Positions 53,481-64,000 of a DNA stretch of 64,000 nt are shown here, piece after piece. The stretch's first letter is position 1. The number at the start of each line of letters is the position of its first letter. The notes below the pieces were generated by a model, which worked only from the letters and a program-made list of their open reading frames with translations, was not told where the DNA came from and did no database searches. The stretch lies in contig OZ199840.1 of assembly GCA_964304625.1 (NCBI GenBank), positions 1,712,332 through 1,776,331 on the forward strand, given 5' to 3'. The stretch is from Kudoa neothunni (lineage: Eukaryota; Animalia; Cnidaria). The translations under genes and the position numbers were made by a program.

Positions 53481-55048
53481 TAGTGGTTCTTAAGCTTTTT
53501 TCCTCGTGGACTCCTAGTTTGTTTAATGGACTTATCACGGACCCCACCTTGTTTTAATGCATAATCCAATCATACATCTGAATATTTTACTCCTTCGTTC
53601 CCATCGTTCACTTCAGTAAACAGATTAAAAAAGATTTAAAATTATTTATTTAAAAATAAATAAAATTCAAATTGTATATAATTTTAATATTAGTTTTATT
53701 TAAAAAATTCTTGGTGAAGATGAAAAATCTGAATTATTTATCAAATATCCCCAATTTTATTAAAATATTTTTTATATAAATTAATTATGTATTGCTTTGG
53801 TTTTAAAATATGTATTAGAAATTTTTAATCGCTAATACGTGAATTACTTTTGGTATTAAAACTAAAATAATAAAAACTATGAAATCCTTCCATTTAATTA
53901 TTTTAGAATTATTAAAATTCTAAGCAAATACAAACGATGATGCAAAATATGATAAAATAAAAAATTTATTGAATTATTATCTATACATGGGTAAATGTTC
54001 AAAAGTAAAATCCATAAAAAAAATTTTGAGTCAGAAATTTTCTAGTAACAATCGAAACATTTTTACTATATAAAATCTCTATTTTCGATAATTAGTATGT
54101 TTATTACAATAAAAGGTTAACAAAGGTAGAATTTTTTTATAACAGAATGCGAGATTAACCCTTAATCGACAACCAGGGACTCCACTATCCCACCTACGCA
54201 GTAAAATGGCTTAAAGTAGCCTAAATTGTGAAGTTTTAGTTCAAATTTGAAGTAAATTCTTGAAATCATTTTTCCCCGCATTTTAAGCCTAAATTAAGCT
54301 TCACGTTAACAGTATTCAATACGTTTATGGTGAGTGTGATTTAAATAACCGCAGTGTCTATGGCTCATTTCCTTATCAATCGCCATTGCGTTCGAAAAAA
54401 ATATGTCACGACTGTGAACAATGTTAGTTTTTTTGTTACGTTATGTCTTGATTTTATTTATCCCTCATATCTCAACTGCAAATTACGAGGGGAGATTAAA
54501 AATAATACTGTTCTTTTGTTAAATAATCCGCACAATCTCTGTTTTGAATAGGTGGGTTGGTCGACCCCCCTGGTTGTCGAATGAGCCTTTCTGTTAAGAG
54601 TATCGATTATGGGTTAATGCACAAATCCTATCTTTTTTATTCTTGTAATAGACATTAAAAGAATATTTAATGAGATTTTAGTGGTTGCTTTTTATCAAGA
54701 AGTTCACAAGATTCAGGCAAAATATTCGAAAAAACCAACATGCATATAAGCAATTTCGTGATTTTGTTTTTATGATAACCAACATGGAAATATGCTTTCG
54801 CGATTATAAACTGTTGTAAAAGGAGTAATCATTCTAAATACATAATTTGCAACACTAAAAATTTTTATTTTGGAAATTTTATAACAAATATAAAATATTT
54901 ATATGAAACCATAACGAAAAGTATATATTTAAAATTTTTTATTATTACGCTAACGTTTAAAAATACCTAATTATAATGAATGTATGATGATAAAATTGAA
55001 TTCAGTTTTTATTTAAATCACTCATAAACCCCAGATTAAGAACTGCTG
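53481..55048. mobile_element. hAT (Charlie-like) non-autonomous element containing a nested piggyBac MITE
   Basis: Termini TAGTGGTTCTTAAGCT and AGATTAAGAACTGCTG are imperfect inverted repeats. Subterminal GGACTCC/GGACCCC repeats; flanks CGGTAAAG and CGAGAAAT (5/8, decayed 8-bp TSD). Confidence 0.5.
54159..54613. mobile_element. piggyBac-type MITE (455 bp)
   Basis: TTAA TSD on both sides; TIR CCCTTAATCGA / TCGATTATGGG; internal inverted repeat TCGACAACCAGGG...CCCACCTA versus TAGGTGGG...CCCTGGTTGTCGA, offset from the right TIR by a spacer. Confidence 0.85.
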
Positions 55049-55128
55049 CGAGAAATTCTAATCCTAAACGGCATGTACACTTCCGCGAGAGAAATTTTGG
55101 CTAATCTACACTTTTGGAGACCCAAGTA

Positions 55129-56106
55129 GGCAAAGATCGGCAATAAACGCAAAAACAAAAATAATAACAGTTTAGACAACGAAATTAATCATAATTTCTT
55201 CCATAAATGTGCTAACTATCTTTCCTTTATATTTCGGTGGAATATAAAGTCTACAATATAATCCTGAATACATTCTTCAGTTTTGTTTGTAATCGACCGG
55301 TATCTTCTTTTGAAAGCGCCTATATGCTTTCAATTCTGTTTATACGTACCCCATTCCGCGAGACAATGTTATATTTATGGCTGACTATGTCAATGAAGGA
55401 ATGATAAATTTTTTAAGTTACAATAACCTCGGCCAACTATCAGTCCAAATTATGGATTTTTCTTCCATGTGTCTCAAGATTATATCCTCCAAAATATTTT
55501 GAGTTCTTTATTTTGTTAGAACAAAAAAAACACCCTCCGTTGTCATTAATACTACCAACAATCCAATATTGTTGGTTCTTCAGAAGACTTCCCGCATTAT
55601 ATTTTCGTTTTAAGACAGCACATCGTCAATTTGAACTACCACTCCTTCTTCACCCAATTTTTTTCAGAATTACCGCTGATTTTTACTATTGGGGTACTCC
55701 CCACCGGTTCCTTCAGATCAAAAATTGTTGACTGGGACGATATCTGTAAATAATTTTGGATATCTTCGTAATAACATTTTTGATTGAAGATTAGGGATAA
55801 AAAAATAGGAATATCTTCTATAATGGGAGATAAGAATTTTCAAAAATTGTACTCCACCTTAAAGAGAATTTAATCCTACATTTTGAACACCTGAAAAATA
55901 TAATTATTATTAACTGATTTGTACGAGATTAAGCTCATAACTATTCCACATTGACACTAAATAGTTTGTAGGTAGTAGACCAAAATTTTGAAAAATTAAT
56001 GATCTTAAAATTAAGTTCGTCTCACCCATACTCAAGAATCGCTATAATGTCGATCGTCTCAAAGTCAAAAATAACTTTTATTTCTTATTTTTTTGCCGAT
56101 GTTACC
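55129..56106 (-). mobile_element. Merlin (IS1595/ISXO2-like) transposon relic
   Basis: The minus strand reads GEEGVVVQIDDAVLKRKYNAG...YWIVGSI, IWTDSW and HKYNIVSRNGVRINRIES. Imperfect TIRs GGCAAAGATCGGCAATAAA / GGTAACATCGGCAAAAAAA; no clear TSD. Confidence 0.7.
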
Positions 56107-56327
56107 AGACTAGACCCGACATAGGCATCCAATAATGTACATTATTCGAAATCTTTGGTCCAAGAAACTCTTATTCGCAAATTGTGTACAGATTTAATTT
56201 TTTATAATCCGCTATATATAATTATATATATAAATTATTTCTGGTCACAAATAACGAAGCGGTGGGCTAGAAATCATTAAACATAGTCAAAACTAGTGAC
56301 ATGAATATTATTCACCTTGTCTACAAC

Positions 56328-56788
56328 TAGAGTTTCTAAAAAGCGTGATGCGTGATGCATTTCACGCCATATCACGGGCGCAACGTGGCACGTGTAAAAA
56401 CCCTAAAATTTCTACCAGATTTTTTTCTTAACTTTTAAAACATTAACACTATGATTTATAAATAAAATTATTGAATTCAGTATAGCCGTTCTTTATTATA
56501 TTATTAGCTGTTAAGAGATGCCTGTATATAGCGTCAGTTGATCGCGTACTGATCATATCTTTAGAAACTCTTTTAACCACGCATAAATTGCATTTGGTCA
56601 TTCGATCTCCGTGTGTTTCTTTGAAAAATAACCAACCATAGCTAACATTCATTATGAAACTTTAATAAACTTATATAATTAAACTCACATTCTCTATTAA
56701 ACAAAAAAGTAATGATAAAATTCTAAGGATGCATTTCACGCTCATCACGTCATATCACGCGCGTGATGTGACACGAGTATAAACTCTA
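56328..56788 (-). mobile_element. Internally deleted hAT element retaining a BED zinc-finger remnant
   Basis: TAGAGTTT...AAACTCTA termini and subterminal TCACG/CGTGA arrays at both ends. ORF 56449-56652 reads WLFF...KCNLC...STDAIYRHL. Flanks TCTACAAC / CCAGCAAC. Confidence 0.65.
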
Positions 56789-58144
56789 CCAGCAACCACT
56801 CCCATTGACGAATGTTCATCTTCATCGGTTAAAATGTATAATAGCGGTCGTAATCCAAATCAGCGACCATGATAAAAACGAACCTGTTGATTATTTTAAT
56901 TTTTGTATTTATCATTGTTTCATTACCAGTAGGTTATTTTAGGCATTGTACTTGTTATCAATAATAGTTGCTGTATAATGTTCTTTAATAACTGCAGTAA
57001 GCTAGCAGTTATTTCCAACTGCAATATTATTTAATCGATTGAGTAAAGATTGCTGTATTTATCCTAAAATTTGACTGTAACAGCTATGATTTTTTATCAA
57101 ACGTCATATTGCATCTTTAGCAGTTGCCTACTATTAATTAAATGTTTAACAAATTTCGTACTAATTTTATTTAAAAATTCGGGACTAATGTCCGAACACA
57201 TTATAATCTTTAATGTGTACATGCGGCCATTGTTCTACATGTTAATCTACATCGATAGTGATAATGATAATTATAGAAATAAGAAATAATTTCTTCGTTG
57301 GGAAAAATAGGAGTGCATGCTTATTGCGCACCCGAAATCTGTTGTTTGATTACATTGGCATGGTTAGTACCCAGTAGGAAGATAGGAAAAATTATCGCTT
57401 ACTTGAAAAAAACGTGTAGATTATTAAATAATTGGAAATATTATGAATTAAAAATGACAATAAATCGCACATCGTTAAACGTCCTCGGCCTTAAATCAGT
57501 CACCACATCGAATACAATTGTACCAATAAAATCAAAATTATTTTCAGTCGTCGTTTCATCAAGTGATTTAAGCTTTTATCGCAAAATCCGAATAAAAAAT
57601 TCAAACTACTAGATATAAAAATTAATGGATCAAACTTTCGAGAACTAGAAATATAAAGCTGTCCATACAGTACAATATAATATGAAAATAAATTATCCAA
57701 TGACATAAAGGATGACACGAAAGACAACAATCCTAAAACTGTCAGTCGATGATAGTCCCATGAGTTTGCTTCGAGAGTTATTCTAAAAATGAACTAATTA
57801 AATAGAAAATCTAAAAGAAATAAAGAAATTATTCAAGATCCATCACACCGAAATGAAATGCTGGAGAAAATTACAAAGTTTAATTTTTTCTTTTGAAAAA
57901 TAGAATAAACTTCGTTAAACAAGAGAAGTAACAACTTTCTTGTTGGAAAAAAAATTATGTCTTAAACCACCTTATTTATTTTCGAATACTCTGTGAACAA
58001 TAAAAAAATTAATACGAAAATTTTTCACACCTCAATATTAAAGTTATTATTAGTGCAACGAGAGAATACATAAAAAAGCCCCCCAAGTGGCCGCGCACCC
58101 ACCCAATTTCCCGCTATGTGCGCACGCATTATAAATATGGATGT

Positions 58145-58261
58145 CAGGGATGGCAATTTCGTTCAAAAATGTTATGATTGTGATTTCATTCGTTTTTTCA
58201 ATGTGAGAATTTTTATTCGTGAGAACGAACACGAATCAAACTCACGAAATTGCCAACACTG
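58145..58261. mobile_element. 117-bp hAT-type MITE
   Basis: TIRs CAGGGATGGCAATTTCG / CGAAATTGCCAACACTG; 8-bp TSD ATGGATGT / ATGGATAT (7/8). Confidence 0.8.
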
Positions 58262-59618
58262 ATGGATATTAAGTGGTGCAGGGTTATTACGCACCCGAGT
58301 CTTTGTCCCCAAAAAGTGTGTAATATCCCTGCACAACAATATAACATTTATATTCTGATAAGTAATCGACTACGGGAATAATCAATATTTTTAAATGTTT
58401 AATCTTTCATCCAATATTTAAAAAATATTTCGATTATCATGAAGATTATAAATATAGAATTATCCTGAATATGAATAAGGTTACTCTCTTTTATCATAAA
58501 CCGCAGAGCCTTTCGGTGACATTGGGATAATATAAATTATATTGTACAATCAAATGCCAATAAGTAGAATGAGTTTCTCAATAGGATGCTAAATATACTA
58601 AATATATGGTGTGAGAAATATCCTCATAAAGTAATTGAACATACCTTAAAAGGTAGGTTCAAGAGTCATCGCAGATGAAGTATAGATTAAAAACAGTTTC
58701 ATGTATATTATGGAATAATTATTTATCAGGTTCTAAAATATTTTAATTTGAAATTTATTACTCTAAAGTAAAAAATAAAACTCCTTATATATAATTTTTT
58801 ATTCAAATCCGCATGCGATGTGTTTTTATCACACATATTTTTATTATTCACCTTTTTCCAAAACTCCAAAAACAATTGCAATAGGCATTGTTGTTCTTTA
58901 TATGGAATATTGTGCCCATTCCGATCAGAATCAACCAGAATTTAAATCTCCTAATACCTACCATAAGAAGTTTAAGATGAGATAATGAGCTGTTGCTGAA
59001 TGGATCAGCTCCCAACATGATGGTGTAATTGTACTGATTATAAATTAGAAATCAGCTTATGCATATAGGATATTTCTATAAATCCCAAAAATCCCCTATC
59101 GGAGAAGAAATTACTGCAATATTCTTTATTTTAATTGATTGTTGAAAAAAGTTGTTTAGTTGATGCTTTACTTTGTTTTGACTAGATAAACCGATCCCAA
59201 TCTAGGAATCTAGATTAGGGAACACATCAATATATACAGATATAACTCTGTAATATTTTTTTGTAATAAAAATTAGACAAAATTTTTCAGATTATATTAA
59301 AATTTTTGTGTCATTTCCAACGAGAAAGCAATTGATATTGGAGGGTTTATTATCCGTAAGGATGATCATTTAATCCATCTTATAAGTTAACTTACGAGTT
59401 AAACTTATAACTCAATAATCTGTCATAACGAGGTACATTTAATTTGCGTACGACGATTTAGTCGATTGTGTATAGTTAATATCATTAAATCGTTATATAT
59501 TGATAAAAAATGTTGGATATTTAAATTTTTTAATATTTGGGTCAAATAGATTGAGTAATAATTTTAAAATATCTAAGTTCCTAGAACGCGCGCGCAATAG
59601 TTAACCCCCTTAACACAA

Positions 59619-60769
59619 ATGAAAAACGTGTTTTTTAAAAAATTTGAAAATAATTCTAAATTAAAAATCGTTTATGTTGGGTTTTTGCTGTTAATTGTCA
59701 ACTTTGTTTTCGCTGGTTCCAGTGTGATATCATCGTTTTTTGTGAAAGGAAAGAACGATTTGTGGTTGGTAACATTCTACAGAGTTCTCATCGCCGCCCC
59801 AATTACCATATTCATGGCATTATTGGTTGAGGGGAAATTCGAATTATGGTATAATCAATGGAGGTAATTTTTCCGAATAGGTGGAATTTTACATAATCGA
59901 CTTTTTGAATTTATTTAATTTCCATTGATTTTTTTTCAATTTGATTCAATCTATAACTCTTTAGTACGATGCTCTTCTTTGTGGTTTTTGGAGTAACTTC
60001 TACAGCGTTAAATCCGATCATGTATCTGATGGTGATTGAGTATACATATACAGCCTACGTGTCTATATTAGCCCAATTGATACCCATTTTTTCGTCATTG
60101 TTGTCTATAATTTTGAAATTGGAACCACTCCCATCAATCAAAGATAAATCCACAATTATGAGGTTTGTTGGCATTGTTCTGGGGGTCGGTTTCGCTACTG
60201 GAGTTTGTGTGGTTCCATTGGTAGACACTCCTCCAAACTTTATCCCCAAAGATTGGATTATTGGTACAATTATTGGAATAATAAACAATTTGACATTCTC
60301 GTGTTATTTGGTGTTACAAATGAAATTATTCTACAGAAATCCAGATAGTCCTCTTCAACTTAAACCCTTCACTGTTAATTGTTTATGCACTCTCTACGGA
60401 ACCATCATCTATTCCATTATATTTCTAATATATTATTTTGTCCATAAGGGAAACCTACTACACGATAATGATATTGCTATTCCTGTTTTCTATTCTGGAC
60501 TGTTGAACGTTGCGATTGGATTTGGTCTTCTAACCTATTGTATAAAGCACTCGTCGGCTATTATTTCCAGTTGTTTGTTCTCGATCCAAATCGCAACCAG
60601 TCTTGTTCTACTAAGGTTATTCAATCGTGCCAGTCTAGCCACCACCCAATATATATTGTGCCCATTTCTACTACTTTCTGGCTTAATGGTTGTACTTTCA
60701 CCATTACTCAATCCCAAAAAAAAACCCGCTCCACCTGGCAATGAAACTGAAATAAAGGAGCTTGATTAA
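59619..60769 (+). CDS. EamA/DMT (MtN21/WAT1-like) transporter, paralog 2
   Basis: Colinear with and highly similar to 52001-53150; same intron position (~59864-59964). Confidence 0.85.
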
Positions 60770-61229
60770 CTACGAAATAATTAGTCTATTATATTTCTAT
60801 ATGGAAACTATTTTGTTTCTTTGAATATATTTTAAATTATAAGTATATTCTATTGACAGATATTTCTGGATATTACGCAACAAAAGAGATCACGCAATAT
60901 TCAGGTTATGAACATACGTAAAATAAAGCTTTTGCAGAATTTTATTACAATAACCAATGCATTGGTTTAACATAGTTTTTATGGGTTGTACGACGATTCT
61001 ATATTTTAATATATTTAAAATAATAATTTTGAAATATGAACATTGAATGAGACCGCTTGGATCCTCTATTTTAATATTGCTTTCAAGTTTTTCCGATGCG
61101 TGTATCGATCCGGAGGTTGAATCTTTTTCTCATCTTAATTATGTTCACCATACGCGAAAATGTATTATAGAACGGTTTTTTTGTTTACAAGATAAAACTC
61201 CTGCCGCAACCTATTTATTACCACCGATT

Positions 61230-61656
61230 AGGTTGTGAAGTTATGGTTGGTTAGATCACTACCACTAACGTTGTAGGAATCGCAGGACAGGTAACATCTA
61301 CACCCTCGTCCCTTATCCTTTCTGCGATAGTGGAAGATTTTAATCCATTAAACATTCTCGTTTCAGGTCAACCACCACCCCAAACCTTGTACATAAGGAC
61401 TTTGGCTCCACAGAGATTTCAACCTCCTTACTTAGAGCATCCCCGATGATTCGATTCAAGCATCTATAATTCTACCTCCTCTGCTAAATATAACTTTAAC
61501 CGCAGGTAAAATTACACTTATAATGCAATCGCACTCTACCAAAAGCTATCATTACGAGATAGAAACATTCGTACAGAAACAATAGTCTGATCAGTAGCGG
61601 GAATCGAACCCATTACCTCCGATCCGAGTATGGAGCCCAATCACCACACCAATGGG
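61230..61656 (-). mobile_element. tRNA-derived SINE-like element (Pol III head at 61592-61656)
   Basis: The minus strand has an A-box-like TGGTGTGGTGA and a B box GGTTCGATTCC but no complete cloverleaf, followed by a GC-richer body. The 3' boundary is approximate. Confidence 0.45.
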
Positions 61657-62136
61657 TAATTTCTTCTCGGATATTTGTTGCCGAGAAAGGCAGCGACACA
61701 AACAATTTTAAATTCTCCAGCTGCTTACGCCAGGAATAAATAAAAAAATAATTGACCCCAAAAAGGGGATGTTGGTGAGTCCAATTAAGCGCGTTTTTAA
61801 GTAAGTATGCAAAATAATTTCTACTGTCTTCTAGAATTGTTTGATAAACAATTTATGCGTTTGTTTATTGATTTAGCTGACCTCTTCCATTATTAAAAAG
61901 ACTACCATGATGTTAATTAATTGATATAAGGATTTGTGCGGATTAATTTTGTTAATTATATTAAAAAGAATTACTTGTATTATCTATTTAAATACTCGTT
62001 GGGTTAAAATTAATTAGTTTATTTCGTATTTATAGCAAATTAAATTGGATGACTGGTCATACTTAGAATTTATAGCTACGTTTACTTTTTCATTTAGTTA
62101 AAGTGAAAAAATTATTATCTTAAGAAATGCTCTAAT

Positions 62137-62215
62137 ACAGCTAAACCACGCTTATCCGGTGAACTTGGGACCAACGGTTTTTGTTCTGGATATCAAGATT
62201 CCAGTTAATCGAACA
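62137..62215. mobile_element. Tigger/pogo-like terminal fragment
   Basis: TA-CAGCTAAACCACGCTTATCCGG resembles pogo/Tigger TIRs; no partner end was found. Confidence 0.35.
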
Positions 62216-64000
62216 CATGCCAACTGTGTAGGCGTGTTAAAATTTTCGTATCCAACAGAAACTTATTTGCATGTTTAGTAACAATGTCTTCTACTGTTTT
62301 ATGTTTCCCAATTTTATTATCACAGTTAAAAATTAAAAATACTAGCCTATCCGTGAACTTAAAAACTTTTGAGACTTCAAAAGAAAACAACAGGTAATAA
62401 TTACAAATAGGCACATATATGTTAATATAAAAGTAACCTAAAGTGTTAAAAATTATAATTCAATATTATAATTTTACTTGGCTGATTATAATAATTACTT
62501 TTCTTAGACGTCTTTTAGCGAGGTTACTAGCGCACAATTTAAATTATCTCTTAACCCTTCGGAGCACGAATGGAGTCCAATGGATCCTACGTGGGTTTAA
62601 TTTAGTCTAAACACTTAACTGGAGTCATCTTTTGCTTTAACAAAATTTGTATTCACGTATTTTTGTCTATTTAACTTTTTTCGAGAATATATAGGTTAAA
62701 AAAAATTCTAGTCGTACAAATGTCAGTTCAAATATGTCAGACATGGAATTTTGTAGTAGCAACTTTTAGTATGGTAATTAATTGGTGGGAAAATGCGATG
62801 ATTCATTATGAGTAATTTTGAAGTCCTTCGATGAGAGGTTTAATGGTTAAAATTCCGCGTTATCTGTTTACCTTATGAAATAATTTTCTTGAAAAAGGAG
62901 ACACATAATACAGTAGTAGGTAATTGATCTTCCATATTAACCGATTTTACATATTTTCACTTTTTCTTCTCTTAAACATAATTATCAAAACCAAAATTAT
63001 TTTCATAACTTCAGATAGTTTACTTTATGTTATTGAAATTAACAATTACAAAAAAGTAATTTATAAAGAAGTTTTTTATAAAAAATAGAGATTATCGATT
63101 TTACGTAGTTTTCCGACTACGACTCTAATTTCCAAAATTCTCTACTTTAATTATTTACATCCATAATATCATTGTAAATCATTTAGACATAAAGAATAGT
63201 TAAATATTTTTCCATTATTTAACAATTTGCAAATGAAGAATCATAAATCTTTTAAATTCGAGATTTTGATCTCGTGCATATTTCTAGTTTGAAAACTCCG
63301 AAAATAAGAATATCGAGTTAATTTCCGCATATAATATAAGTTTGAATTCATTCAAAAGAGACATTCTGGATAAGTATTCAAAAAATAATTTTTATGCTGA
63401 AGTTTGTAAATGATTAAAAGAATTAGAGTCAATTAAACATAATTTAATAAAAACCACTACGACGTATTATTTACGTAGTAAGGCCATAAAGATGTTTCCA
63501 TGGAATCATGGTCACCATCTAACAACAGGCTATCATCTTTATCGCTCCACAACTTCTGTATATTATGAGCATATTCTTTGAAATATGATTTAACGTTGCA
63601 ATACATTTTGGAATGGAAGGTATCGAAGTCAAATGTATTATTCCCAACCATTGAAAATCTCGTGGTGTAAAAAACTTAATCTTCTTTTTAAACATTCGAC
63701 AACTAACATTACGTCGTGTTTATTTAGTTTCCCTTATCAATATCGTATATTATGATTTTAATGAAAAGTTTTACGTATATTAAATTTTAGTTTGTTTCAA
63801 GTCAAATTTAATTTATGATCAAAAATTAAAAGTTTCGATGCATAGCTAAATATTACAAAAGTCACTCTCTACGGATAAATCTGATTTATAGATTCCTGAA
63901 ATTATTACACTAAATATGATTTCGCATTTTTAGTTAAATAAACTATAAAAAATACTTTACGATACTTAGGTGACTCTATTTGATCCATTCCTACTTGGAC

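Noticed and set aside
57071-57900. Possible LINE endonuclease fragments (IIIFNVYM)
   Set aside because: One short motif in broken frames is insufficient to call.
7396-60744. Antisense or overlapping ORFs such as 8794-9174, 9180-9491, 22577-22780, 28602-28859, 32663-32863, 52472-52687 and 60055-60288
   Set aside because: They are shadows of real coding exons on the other strand or frame, with no independent motifs.
62551-62900. piggyBac-like left end (TTAACCCTTCGG...)
   Set aside because: No matching right end or clear transposase motif in the window; similar orphan ends near 14340 and 14845 were also left uncalled.
1-64000. CRISPR arrays, operons or prokaryotic defence systems
   Set aside because: The sequence is intron-containing eukaryotic DNA and no regularly spaced repeat-spacer array was seen.

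Overview
AT-rich eukaryotic genomic DNA with compact genes broken by many short (mostly 30-60 nt) GT-AG introns and standard stop usage. The gene set looks animal-like and fast-evolving, which would fit a reduced metazoan parasite such as a myxozoan or orthonectid; that placement is inference only. Genes: the 3' part of an ABCA transporter, three paralogs of a ~835-aa cysteine-rich, FnIII-like type I membrane protein, two EHD-family ATPases (one lacking its EH domain), a small single-TM orphan, a GT31 glycosyltransferase, RPS29, an unknown membrane protein and two EamA/DMT transporters. Intergenic space holds many DNA-transposon remnants (a full-length Mutator element with TIRs, TSD and an empty site in the window, plus piggyBac, hAT, Merlin, Tc1/IS630, Helitron-like and a tRNA-SINE-like piece). 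The most interesting signal is the surface-protein cluster. It is built from symmetric phase-1 domain exons plus two conserved microexons and has an invariant TM-end/tail. Its two youngest copies are almost identical except for sharply bounded, replacement-rich patches, which suggests a diversifying surface antigen or recognition locus. All gene models were assembled by hand.
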